Assembly (NCBI GenBank): GCA_965116545.1
Contig: OZ220695.1
Coordinates: forward strand, 2,632,408-2,696,407
Source of the DNA: Tepidiformaceae bacterium
Lineage (GTDB): Bacteria; Chloroflexota; Dehalococcoidia; Tepidiformales; Tepidiformaceae
Length of the DNA stretch: 64,000 bases
Direction: 5' to 3'
In this document: positions 40,670 to 48,887 of the stretch, one piece after another
Position numbering within the stretch: position 1 is the stretch's first letter
Layout: every line of letters begins with the position of its first letter
The notes under the pieces: generated by a model
Database searches by the model: none
What the model saw: the letters and a program-made list of their open reading frames with translations, nothing else
What the model was told of the DNA's origin: nothing
Made by a program: the position numbers and the translations under genes

Positions 40670-41134
40670 CTAGCCCCGCAGGGGGAAGATGCGGGTCTCG
40701 CGCACGTGCTGCAGCGTGTAGGGCAGCAGCCCCACGTGGCGCGCCCGCTTCACCGCGTGCGAGATCGCCCGCTGCGCCAGCGCGCAGGTTGCGAGCTTGC
40801 GGCGCGGTTCGATCTTCCCGCGGTCGTTGATGAACTGCCGCAGCCGGTCGACGTCCTTGTAGTCCACCTTGTACTCGTCGCCGGGCGAGCAGCGCACCTT
40901 GTTGCAGAGGCGGCAAAGCCGCCGCCGGCCGCCGAAGCGGCGTCCGCCTCCGCCGCCGCGCCGGGGACGGTCCCCGGGGCCCCGGCGGTCCCGGTCCCCC
41001 GGTGGGCGCGAGTCCGGACGCGAGTCCGGGGGTCGCGAGTCCGGTGGGCGCCAGTCCGCGGGGCGATCCCCGCCAGCAGGTGCGGTTGCGCCGGGCGCAG
41101 CCGGCGAGGGTGTGAATGGTCGAGGTTCAGTCAT
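40670..41134 (-). CDS. rpsR: 30S ribosomal protein S18 with long Pro/Arg/Asp-rich N-terminal extension
   Basis: Core VDYKDVDRLRQFINDRGKIEPRRKLATCALAQRAISHAVKRARHVGLLPY is canonical S18. It is preceded by about 70 aa of low-complexity sequence (RPPDSRPPDSRPDSRPPGDRDRR...GGGGGRRFGGRRR). ATG 41134 chosen. Confidence 0.85.
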   Translation of the reverse strand: MTEPRPFTPSPAAPGATAPAGGDRPADWRPPDSRPPDSRPDSRPPGDRDRRGPGDRPRRGGGGGRRFGGRRRLCRLCNKVRCSPGDEYKVDYKDVDRLRQFINDRGKIEPRRKLATCALAQRAISHAVKRARHVGLLPYTLQHVRETRIFPLRG

Positions 41135-41208
41135 GGGTTCTCCTCCCGATGGGTTTCGTGCGCTCGGGCGCACCGGGCAGGGGGACCGGCAAGCGGCCCC
41201 GTGTTCGT

Positions 41209-41667
41209 TTATTCGAAGGGCAGGTCGTCGAGGTCGGAGGGCGCCGAGCCGCGGCTGCTGCCGCCGCCCCCGCCGCTGCCGCCACCGAAGTTGCCTCCGC
41301 CGCCACTCCAGTCCCCACCACCGCCGCCGCTCTCGCCGCGGCGGTCGAGGAACTCGACATTGTTCGCGATCACCTCGGTGCGGTAGTGGCGAACGCCCTG
41401 GTCGTCGTCCCAGTTACGGGTCCGCAGGCGACCCTCCACGTAGAGCTGCTTGCCCTTGGTGATGTACTGGCTGATCCGCTCGGCCCGATCCCCGAACAGC
41501 ACCACCTGGAACCACTCGGTCTCGTCCTCCCAGTCGCCGCTCTGCGACCGGCGGCGGGAGTTGACGGCCATGCTGAAGTCGGAGACGGCGGTGCCGTTCG
41601 CGGTATACCGCAGCTCCGCGTCCCGGCCCGTGTTGCCGATGATCATGACCCTGTTCAGGTTGCCCAT
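41209..41667 (-). CDS. ssb: Single-stranded DNA-binding protein
   Basis: OB-fold N-terminus NRVMIIGNTGRDAELRYTANG, a Gly-rich linker, and an acidic tip DLDDLPFE. Position between rpsF and rpsR. Confidence 0.94.
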   Translation of the reverse strand: MGNLNRVMIIGNTGRDAELRYTANGTAVSDFSMAVNSRRRSQSGDWEDETEWFQVVLFGDRAERISQYITKGKQLYVEGRLRTRNWDDDQGVRHYRTEVIANNVEFLDRRGESGGGGGDWSGGGGNFGGGSGGGGGSSRGSAPSDLDDLPFE

Positions 41668-41672
41668 GGCGG

Positions 41673-42434
41673 CTACTCCTTCGCGGCGTCCTCTTCCGCC
41701 TGCGGTTCAGCCTCTTCCGCGCTCGCCTCGGGAGCTGGCGCGGTCGCTTCTTCGGTCTCGGCGGGAGCCTCAGCCTCAGCAGCGGGAGCCTCAGCCTCAG
41801 CAGCGGGAGCCTCAGCCTCAGCAGCGGGAGCCTCAGCCTCAGCAGCGGGAGCCTCAGCCTCAGCAGCGGGAGCCTCAGCCTCAGCAGCGGGAGCCTCAGC
41901 CTCAGCGGCGGGAGCCTCAGCCTCAGCAGCGGGAGCCTCAGCCACGGTAGCGGGAGCCTCAGCCTCAGCAGCGGGGGCCTCCGCCTCAACGGCAGGACTC
42001 TCCGCAACTGGCGTGGGCGCCGCTTCGACCGGCGTCGCGGCTGCCGGGGCAGGAGCCGCAGGAGGTGCGCCCTCCGCTCTCGGACCCGTCGGCGAACCCG
42101 GACCCCGTGACCCAGCCGGCGCGAGCGCTGGCCGGGGCGGCGGCAGTTCGTCGGCGCGTACCACCAAGTGGCGGTACACCCGCTCCTCGATCTCGAAGTC
42201 CGCATTCAGCGGCGTGACCGCCTGCGGGTCGAGCTCGATCCGCGTGATGATGAAGTCCGCGTCGAGCTGCTTGTTCATTGGATAGGCCAGCCGCCGCCGG
42301 CCCCAGTGGTCGACCTCGGTGACGCTTCCGCCGTTTCGTTCAACCAGGGTCGTGAGGTGTTGGACGCTTGCGTCCTGGCCGCCCTCCTCGATCACGCCGA
42401 GGTCGTAGACGGCCATCAATTCGTACTCGCGCAT
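41673..42434 (-). CDS. rpsF: 30S ribosomal protein S6 with about 150-aa Pro/Ala/Glu-rich repetitive C-terminal extension
   Basis: N-terminal about 100 aa MREYELMAVY...HWGRRRLAYPMNK...YRHLVV is canonical S6. The tail contains 11 heptads of AEAEAPA type. ATG 42434 has GGAG about 5 nt upstream. Confidence 0.88.
   Translation of the reverse strand: MREYELMAVYDLGVIEEGGQDASVQHLTTLVERNGGSVTEVDHWGRRRLAYPMNKQLDADFIITRIELDPQAVTPLNADFEIEERVYRHLVVRADELPPPRPALAPAGSRGPGSPTGPRAEGAPPAAPAPAAATPVEAAPTPVAESPAVEAEAPAAEAEAPATVAEAPAAEAEAPAAEAEAPAAEAEAPAAEAEAPAAEAEAPAAEAEAPAAEAEAPAAEAEAPAETEEATAPAPEASAEEAEPQAEEDAAKE
41760..41992 (-). repeat. 11 tandem copies of a 21-bp unit (GCGGGAGCCTCAGCCTCAGCA on +) inside the rpsF 3-prime region
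   Basis: Copies begin at 41762 and every 21 bp after that. Copies 1-6, 8 and 10 look identical, and copies 7, 9 and 11 carry substitutions. In frame with rpsF, encoding (AEAEAPA)n. Confidence 0.9.
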
Positions 42435-42463
42435 AGCGCTCCGGATGCCGAACGGTGGGATTC

Positions 42464-42483
42464 CCCCAGCTCCAGGGCTGGGG
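42464..42483 (-). promoter_or_regulatory. Stem-loop in the rpsF 5-prime leader (candidate S6:S18 autoregulatory element)
   Basis: CCCCAGC-tccagg-GCTGGGG (7-bp GC-rich stem) about 30 nt upstream of the rpsF ATG. The function is assumed from the known rpsF-leader concept, not demonstrated. Confidence 0.25.
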
Positions 42484-42558
42484 CGCCCGGCTGCCGGGGA
42501 AGCGTAGCACTGCCCCGGTGTGTGCTCAATGCAATGACGCCCTGCGATGGCGCGGTCG

Positions 42559-43806
42559 TCAGGCGTCCGTGATGCCCGGCACCGGGTACGCCCTCGCGAA
42601 TTCCGCCACTTCCTGGCGGACGCTTTCGCGTACGCCATCGCCGTCGGGGTCCTTCAGCACGCGCACGATCCAGGCCGCCAGCCGCCGCATCTCCTCGGCG
42701 CCCATGCCCCGCGAGGTGAGTGCCGGCGTGCCGATGCGCAGTCCGCTCGTCACAAAGGGCGAGCGCTCGTCGTACGGGATCGTGTTCTTGTTCGCGATGA
42801 TCCCCGAGCCCTGCAGGGCGTTCTGCGCCTTCATGCCGCTGATCCCCAGTGTGCTGCAGTCGATCAGGATCAGGTGCGTGTCCGTCCCGCCCGAGACGAG
42901 CCGCAAGCCGCCGGCCTGCAGCGCCTCCGCCAGGGTCGCCGCGTTCTCCACGACCTTCGCCGCGTATGCCTGGAACTCAGGCGTGGCCGCCTCGCCGAAG
43001 GCTACTGCCTTGGCGGCGATGCTGTGCATGTGCGGTCCGCCCTGCGCTCCCGGGAACACCGCCTTGTCCAGCGCCGCCCCGTGCTCCTCTTTCGTAAGCG
43101 CGAGCGCGCCGCGCGGACCCCGCAGCGTCTTGTGCGTCGTCGTCGTCACGATGTCCGCGTGGGGCACAGGCGAGGGGTGCACTCCGCCTGCCACCAGACC
43201 CGCGAAGTGCGACATGTCGACCAGCAACAGCGCCCCCACGTTCCGCGCAATCTCGGCGAATGCCGCGAAGTCGAACTGCCGCGGGTAGGCCGTCGCCCCC
43301 GTCACGATGATGCGCGGCTTCGCCTCCGCCGCCAGTTCGGCCACCGTCGCCATGTCGACCACTTCCGACTCCCGGTCCACGGAGTACGGCACGAAGTTGT
43401 AGAGCCGCCCGCTGAAATTCACCGGCGAACCGTGCGTCAGGTGCCCGCCCTGCGTCAGCTCGAGGCCCAGGAACGTGTCCCCCGGGTCCGCGAAGGCGAG
43501 GTAGGCGGCCATGTTCGCCTCCGCCCCCGAGGTCGGCTGCACGTTCGCGTGCTCCGCCCCGAAGAGCGCCTTCGCCCGCTCGATCGCGAGTGACTCGACC
43601 TCGTCCGAGTGCGCGTTGCCCGCGTAGTAGCGCTTGCCGGGATAGCCCTCGGCGTACTTGTTCGTCAGCACCGAGCCCGTCGCCTCCAGCACCGCTGCCG
43701 AGGCGTAGTTCTCGCTGGCGATGATCTCGAGCGTCTCCGTCTGGCGCTTCTGTTCGCTCGCGATGATCGCGGCGACTCTCGGGTCACGTTCCTGCAGTGC
43801 GCTCAT
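42559..43806 (-). CDS. glyA: Serine hydroxymethyltransferase
   Basis: LEIIASENYAS, YAEGYPGKRYY, and TTTTHKTLRGPRG carrying the PLP Lys. 415 aa from ATG 43806. Confidence 0.96.
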   Translation of the reverse strand: MSALQERDPRVAAIIASEQKRQTETLEIIASENYASAAVLEATGSVLTNKYAEGYPGKRYYAGNAHSDEVESLAIERAKALFGAEHANVQPTSGAEANMAAYLAFADPGDTFLGLELTQGGHLTHGSPVNFSGRLYNFVPYSVDRESEVVDMATVAELAAEAKPRIIVTGATAYPRQFDFAAFAEIARNVGALLLVDMSHFAGLVAGGVHPSPVPHADIVTTTTHKTLRGPRGALALTKEEHGAALDKAVFPGAQGGPHMHSIAAKAVAFGEAATPEFQAYAAKVVENAATLAEALQAGGLRLVSGGTDTHLILIDCSTLGISGMKAQNALQGSGIIANKNTIPYDERSPFVTSGLRIGTPALTSRGMGAEEMRRLAAWIVRVLKDPDGDGVRESVRQEVAEFARAYPVPGITDA

Positions 43807-43877
43807 GCGCGACCTCATCGATGTGGGATGCGTCGATCGTAGCGCCTTCCCTACCCGTGCGCCGTAAACTGGCCTGA

Positions 43878-44696
43878 ATGCGAGACCATACCGAGCGCCT
43901 CATTGAGGCCGCCAGCGGCGGCGAGCCCGTTCTCCTCGCCACCGTGCTCGAACCAGGCGCGGCCCCGCTCGAACAGGGCGCCAAGCTCCTCGTCGACCCG
44001 GACGGTGGCCGCAGCGGCACCCTCGGCGACCCCCACCTCGACGATCTCGTGGCCGCCCGCGCCCCCGAGGCCTTCCGCCGCCACGCCGCCGAGACCGTCT
44101 ACGCCGGCCCCGACGGCCTCTCCGAGCGCACGCTTCCGGATGCAACAGCCGTCTACCTCGAGGTGGTTGAGTCGAAGCCCGTCTTTCTTGTCGTCGGCGC
44201 GGGCCACATCGGGCGCGCCCTCGCCAAGCTCGCCGACTTCCTTGACTACCATGTCGCCGTCCTCGACGACCGTGAGGACTTCGCCGACCCGGAGCTCCTG
44301 CCCGAGGCCGACGAGGTCATCTGCGACGACTTCGAGGCCGCGCTCGATCGTTTCCCCATCAACCCCAACACCGCCATCGTGATGGTCACGCGCGGCCACA
44401 AGCAGGACGAGCTCTCCCTGCGCCGCTGCCTCGGCCGGGATGCCGGCTATGTCGGCATGATCGGCTCGAAGCGCCGCACCGCCGCCGTCCTCGAACACCT
44501 CCGCGAGGAAGGCTTCGACCCCAACGAGCTGGACAAGGTGCGCACCCCCATCGGCCTCACGATCGGCGCCGAGACCCCCGAGGAGATCGCCATCAGCATC
44601 ATGGCCGAGGTCGTGATGCTGCGCCGCGGCGGCGACGGCACCCCCATGTACAACCGCCGCGGCCCCATGGGCCCGCCCCTGTCCGGCGGTCGCTAG
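43878..44696 (+). CDS. XdhC/CoxI family molybdoenzyme maturation-type protein
   Basis: N-terminal XdhC_CoxI block (LATVLE...GAKLLVDPDG) and an XdhC Rossmann block (VFLVVGAGHIGRALAKLA, VTRGHKQDE, YVGMIGSKRR). Confidence 0.82.
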   Translation: MRDHTERLIEAASGGEPVLLATVLEPGAAPLEQGAKLLVDPDGGRSGTLGDPHLDDLVAARAPEAFRRHAAETVYAGPDGLSERTLPDATAVYLEVVESKPVFLVVGAGHIGRALAKLADFLDYHVAVLDDREDFADPELLPEADEVICDDFEAALDRFPINPNTAIVMVTRGHKQDELSLRRCLGRDAGYVGMIGSKRRTAAVLEHLREEGFDPNELDKVRTPIGLTIGAETPEEIAISIMAEVVMLRRGGDGTPMYNRRGPMGPPLSGGR

Positions 44697-45094
44697 CCTG
44701 CTCCCACCAGTTCTGCCCCTGGCTCCCGGGCCAGACGGCGGTCGAACGTATAGAGGGGCGCGGCTCCAGCCCGCACGGCAGCGGCCAGGATCATCCGGTC
44801 GGAGAACCCGGGTCCGCCCTGGTCGTACTGAGAGGCAACACGTGCGACGTCATCCGCTGCCTCAAACACGAGGTCATCGCTGGCAAGGAGCGCCAGAAGA
44901 GCCTCGGCAATCTCTCTGCGCGGGAATCGGTAGGAACGCTCCAGCACCCAGGGAACCTCGATCGCAACCTCTCGACAGATGTACCCGGGTTGCTCCGGCG
45001 TCAGACCATCCAGGAGGGCACTCGCCGCTTCCGCCTGCTCGGCATCGTCCCTAACCAGGAAGCGCACCAGGACGTTCGTATCGATCGCGATCAC
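44693..45094 (-). CDS. vapC: PIN-domain toxin VapC
   Basis: MIAIDTNVLVRFLVRDD, later acidic residues, 133 aa. Overlaps the upstream antitoxin gene by 4 nt. Confidence 0.85.
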   Translation of the reverse strand: MIAIDTNVLVRFLVRDDAEQAEAASALLDGLTPEQPGYICREVAIEVPWVLERSYRFPRREIAEALLALLASDDLVFEAADDVARVASQYDQGGPGFSDRMILAAAVRAGAAPLYTFDRRLAREPGAELVGAG

Positions 45095-45324
45095 GCTTCA
45101 CTCGCGCCTTCGGCGATTGCTTGGTCCATCTCCTCCAGTGTCACCGGGGGACCGTCGTACTTGAGCATCCCAAACAAACGCCCGACCGGCCCAACCTTGA
45201 GGATCCGAACGTCCCCGTCCTGGATGACGTACCTCACTCGGTCCCCGGCTTCCACCGAGAGGGCCTCCCGAACCGCCTTGGGCAGCGTGGTCTGCCCCTT
45301 CGCCGTAATCCCCGACTCAAGCAT
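45091..45324 (-). CDS. vapB: AbrB/MazE/SpoVT-type antitoxin VapB
   Basis: 77 aa. A swapped-hairpin motif GQTTLPKAVREALSVEAGDRVRYVIQDGDVRI. Confidence 0.8.
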   Translation of the reverse strand: MLESGITAKGQTTLPKAVREALSVEAGDRVRYVIQDGDVRILKVGPVGRLFGMLKYDGPPVTLEEMDQAIAEGASEA

Positions 45325-45439
45325 GGAGTCTTCCTTACTTTTCTTCTGATTGCATTACTTTAGCGTACGAATTCCACCAAGGCACCTGGCCGCCTGCCCG
45401 CCCCCACCCCCTAACAACCCCACCCGCTACGATAGGTCT

Positions 45440-46306
45440 GTGGACGGTTTCGAGGTCTCGCCGGTCGAAGGGCTGCGCTCCCCCGTGGTCGTGGTGTCGT
45501 TTACCGGCTGGAGCGATACCGGCACCGTAACCACCGACGCCGCGCGCCACCTGATCGACACCTTGAGCGCGGAGCGCTTCATCAGCGTCGACCCGGAGGA
45601 GTACTTTGTCTTCACGGAGACGCGCCCCGAGGTGCGCCTCGTTGAGGGCGGCTTGCGCGAGATTACCTGGCCCACGAACGAGGCCTGGGCCGCGCGCCTG
45701 GCCGACACGCCGCACGATCTGATCGCCATTACCGGTACCGAGCCCAACCTGCGCTGGGAGCCCTTCGCCTCGCGTTTCGCCAGCGCTATCGCTGCCCTCG
45801 ATCCGTCCCTCGTGTGCACGCTCGTGGCGCGCCCCGCCGCCACCCCCCACACGCGCCCCATCCCCGTCAGCGGCTCCGCCGCCGACGCCACCCTGGCGCG
45901 CCGCTTCGGCCTCGAGCCCTCTCGCTACCAGGGTCCCACCGGCATCATCGGCGTTCTTCACGACGCCATGCGCAAGCACGGCCTGCCCCTGGTCAGTGTC
46001 GCCGCCTCCGTGCCCCACTACCTCAGCGTCGACGAGAACCCGCCCGCCACCCTTGCACTCCTGCGCGCCCTTGAGCCGATGCTCGGCTTCCTCCCGCCCC
46101 TCGGCGAGCTCGAACGTGAGAGCGTCGCCTTCCTTGAGCGAGTCGAAGAAGCGTCCAGCGGCGACGACCAGATCGTCCAGTACGTGCGCGCCCTTGAGGA
46201 GCAGTACCAGGAGGGCGACCCGCCCCTCGTCCAGCCCGACTCGGAGCTCTCCGCCGACGATGTCCTGCGCGATGTCGAGGACCTGCTCCGCGGCGACGGC
46301 TCCTGA
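45440..46306 (+). CDS. PAC2 (proteasome assembly chaperone 2-like) family protein
   Basis: VVVVSFTGWSDTGTVTTDAARHLID...DPEEYFVF...ITWPTN...YQGPTGIIGVL matches the bacterial PAC2 family pattern. GTG 45440 chosen over the Pro-rich upstream extension. Confidence 0.7.
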   Translation: MDGFEVSPVEGLRSPVVVVSFTGWSDTGTVTTDAARHLIDTLSAERFISVDPEEYFVFTETRPEVRLVEGGLREITWPTNEAWAARLADTPHDLIAITGTEPNLRWEPFASRFASAIAALDPSLVCTLVARPAATPHTRPIPVSGSAADATLARRFGLEPSRYQGPTGIIGVLHDAMRKHGLPLVSVAASVPHYLSVDENPPATLALLRALEPMLGFLPPLGELERESVAFLERVEEASSGDDQIVQYVRALEEQYQEGDPPLVQPDSELSADDVLRDVEDLLRGDGS

Positions 46307-46312
46307 CGGCTC

Positions 46313-47050
46313 CTACGGCGCCTCGCCCAGCTCGAATCGCGATAGGCGCCACGCCGCCAGCCCCGCCGCCGCCGTGGTCACAACGATGATCAGGATGACC
46401 GAGTAGGTCGTGCCGAGGTCGGCGTCGAACACCCACGGGCTCGGATCGCCGGCGGCTTCGGCAACGGAGGCGGTGAACTCGCGGATGCTGAAGCGCTGCA
46501 CCCCGGGGGCGAAGTTCGTGATGACCGCCTCCCAGATGAAGGCGTACGCGAGCCCCACGAACAGCGCTCGCGAGGTGACCAGGCTCAGCAGCACGAACAG
46601 CGACGAATAGGCCATCGAGCCGACCGCCAGCGCAACCAGGAAGCCGCCCAGGATGCGCCAGTCGCCTTCGCCCGCCAGGGCCACCACCCCGCTCACCACC
46701 GCGCTCGCCAGCACGATGACGGCGGTCGCCCCCCACGCTGCCAGCAGCTTCCCCGCCACGATCCGCCAGCGCTCCACCGGCTTCGAGAGCAGGTAGACGA
46801 TGGTGCCGTCCTCGACCTCGCTGCCCAGTGCCGCCGTCGCGAGGAGGAGCGCCGTCAGCGGCAGCAGGGCGTTCACGATGAGCCCGTTCAGGAGGAATTG
46901 CGCCGTGAATTCCGCGGCCTCTTCCCCGGCGTCTCCCACCCGGAAGATGATCGCGGCCACGAGGGGAAGCAGTCCCAGGCCCGCCAGCACCAGCGTGCGC
47001 TTTTGCCCCAGCAACTGCCGCAGTGTCAGCGTCAGGACGAGGACGGTCAT
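46313..47050 (-). CDS. ABC-2 type transporter permease
   Basis: 245 aa, about 6 TM helices (C-terminal part of track ORF 46313..48100). Its ATG overlaps the stop of the ATPase gene (ATGA). Confidence 0.8.
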   Translation of the reverse strand: MTVLVLTLTLRQLLGQKRTLVLAGLGLLPLVAAIIFRVGDAGEEAAEFTAQFLLNGLIVNALLPLTALLLATAALGSEVEDGTIVYLLSKPVERWRIVAGKLLAAWGATAVIVLASAVVSGVVALAGEGDWRILGGFLVALAVGSMAYSSLFVLLSLVTSRALFVGLAYAFIWEAVITNFAPGVQRFSIREFTASVAEAAGDPSPWVFDADLGTTYSVILIIVVTTAAAGLAAWRLSRFELGEAP

Positions 47051-47985
47051 CGTGTCACCAGGTACTCGAAGACGCTTTCGAGCGACTCGTCCTCGGGGCG
47101 CACCTCGAACAGCGACGCGCCTGCCGTCTGCGCCGCCCGCGGCGCCGCCGAGGCGAACGCCCCGAGCTCGTTCGCGCGCACCACGACCGTGCCGTCGTTG
47201 AGCTCGACGCCGAACACGCTCTCCTCGGCCATGAGCGCCTTCGCCAGTTCCCGGTTGTCGCTCGACCGAATCGTGAAGGTGTGTGGCCGGTCTGTCATCA
47301 GCTTGCGGATGGCGCGGAAGTCTCCCGAGGCAGCCAGCCGCCCCGCAACCACCACGAGTACGTTCTCCCCCAGCCGCTCCACCTCCTCCAGGATGTGCGA
47401 GGAGAACAGGATCGTGCGCCCCTCCCCGGCCATGCGGCCCAGGAGGGACATCATCTGCAGCCGCTGCCGCGGATCCATCCCGTTGAAGGGCTCGTCCAGC
47501 AGCAGCACCTCGGGGTCGTGGACGAGCGCGGCCGCGATCTTGACCCGCTGCTTCATCCCCTTCGAGTAGCCGCCTGTCGCACGGTCGGCGGCGGAGGTCA
47601 TCTCGACCCTGCGAAGCGCCTCGATGGTTGCGGCCTCGGGGTCGGGCAGTTCGTGCATCCGGGCGCTCAACTGTACGAACTGGTAGCCCGTGAGGAAGTC
47701 GTACACCGCCTCGCGTTCGGGAACGAGCGCGACCCGTTTGTAGATCTCGGGTGTGCCGAAGGCTGTCTCCCCCAGTACCCGCACCTCCCCCGCCGACGGC
47801 TTCAGGAAGCCCGCGATCATGTTCAACAGGGTCGTCTTTCCCGCCCCGTTCGGCCCCAGCAGCCCCGTCACGCCCGGCTCGAGCGCAAAGGAGATGCCGT
47901 TCACCGCCACCACGTTCCCGTACCAGCGGGAGACGTCGAGCACCTCCACCGCCGCCTCGGGCGCCGTCCCCTCCGCCGCGCTCAC
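47047..47985 (-). CDS. ABC transporter ATP-binding protein
   Basis: Walker A GPNGAGKTT, signature YSKGMKQR, Walker B LLLDEPFNGMD, H-loop SSHIL. Confidence 0.93.
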   Translation of the reverse strand: MSAAEGTAPEAAVEVLDVSRWYGNVVAVNGISFALEPGVTGLLGPNGAGKTTLLNMIAGFLKPSAGEVRVLGETAFGTPEIYKRVALVPEREAVYDFLTGYQFVQLSARMHELPDPEAATIEALRRVEMTSAADRATGGYSKGMKQRVKIAAALVHDPEVLLLDEPFNGMDPRQRLQMMSLLGRMAGEGRTILFSSHILEEVERLGENVLVVVAGRLAASGDFRAIRKLMTDRPHTFTIRSSDNRELAKALMAEESVFGVELNDGTVVVRANELGAFASAAPRAAQTAGASLFEVRPEDESLESVFEYLVTR

Positions 47986-48887
47986 AGGCTCCTCCGTCCG
48001 TAGTGCCGCAGCAGCAGCGCGACCCCCAGGGCCGTGACCACCAGCGCGAAGAAGAAGTACCAGCCGCCGGCGAAGTCCGCCTGGATGAGCGGGTGCCCAT
48101 CGCCGAAGTCAGGAGCGGCGTCGAAGAACCAGTAGGTGAAGCCGTCGATGACGAAGAAGGGGTTCAGGAACACGCCCAGCCGGCCGATGAAGTTGTCCAG
48201 CGTGTTCACGAGGATCCCGGAGATGATGGGCAGGAAGATGAACGGCGCGATTACGCCGACCGTGGCGAAGGCGCGTCGCGGGCTCTGTGCCGAGATCAAC
48301 ATCCCGATGGCGGCGAAGAAGAGCGAGATGAGAATGCTGCTCCCGATGATCGGTCCGACCTGCCGCCACTCGTCCTTGAAGTACCCGCCGAAACTGTCGA
48401 CCACCAGGGCGTTCCCCAGGAACAGCAGGGCCTGCGGTCCGAGGGTCAGGGCGAGCAGCGCCGTCGCCATCGCCGCATACCGCGCCAGCGCGTACTCGCG
48501 ACGGCTCAGGGCCCGCGAGAAGTAGAGCGGCAGGGTCGCGTACCGCTGGTCCCGCCCCAGCAGCTCCGGCGCCACCGCCGCCAGGAACAACATCAGCGCG
48601 GCCGGCGGGAAGAAGAAGACCGAGCTGAAGTAGTCCTCCGCCCGGATGGCATCGGAGATGTCGATATCGATGAAGGCCGCCGCCATCAGGTAGCCGATCG
48701 CCGGAAGCGCCGCCACCAGCCCGAGCCCCATCGGGAACATCTTGCTGCGCGTTCGCCGCCCCAGCCCGAACGCCGCCCGCAGACCGTGTACGTACAGCGA
48801 GAGGGTCGCCTCCCGCCGGCCCAGCCGCAGCCCCTCGTAGCGGCGATAGCCGAGGTCGTAGATGCTCCCCGTCGCGCGCTCAGACAC
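47982..48887 (-). CDS. ABC transporter permease (ABC-2-like)
   Basis: 301-aa polytopic membrane protein. Overlaps both flanking ATPase genes (4 nt and 8 nt). Confidence 0.8.
   Translation of the reverse strand: MSERATGSIYDLGYRRYEGLRLGRREATLSLYVHGLRAAFGLGRRTRSKMFPMGLGLVAALPAIGYLMAAAFIDIDISDAIRAEDYFSSVFFFPPAALMLFLAAVAPELLGRDQRYATLPLYFSRALSRREYALARYAAMATALLALTLGPQALLFLGNALVVDSFGGYFKDEWRQVGPIIGSSILISLFFAAIGMLISAQSPRRAFATVGVIAPFIFLPIISGILVNTLDNFIGRLGVFLNPFFVIDGFTYWFFDAAPDFGDGHPLIQADFAGGWYFFFALVVTALGVALLLRHYGRRSL

Noticed and set aside
41760-41992. Possible CRISPR array (also considered for 53596..53660 and 22998..23084)
   Set aside because: The repeats are directly tandem with no unique spacers. 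Units of 21, 7 and 17 bp are too short, and no cas genes are present in the window.
41116-42285. 389-aa plus-strand ORF with (GASASAA)n repeats, and 41414..42205 on the minus strand with (LRLPLLR)n
   Set aside because: Mirror or alternate-frame read-through of the 21-bp repeat in the rpsF tail. The S6 frame is continuous with a canonical S6 N-terminal domain.
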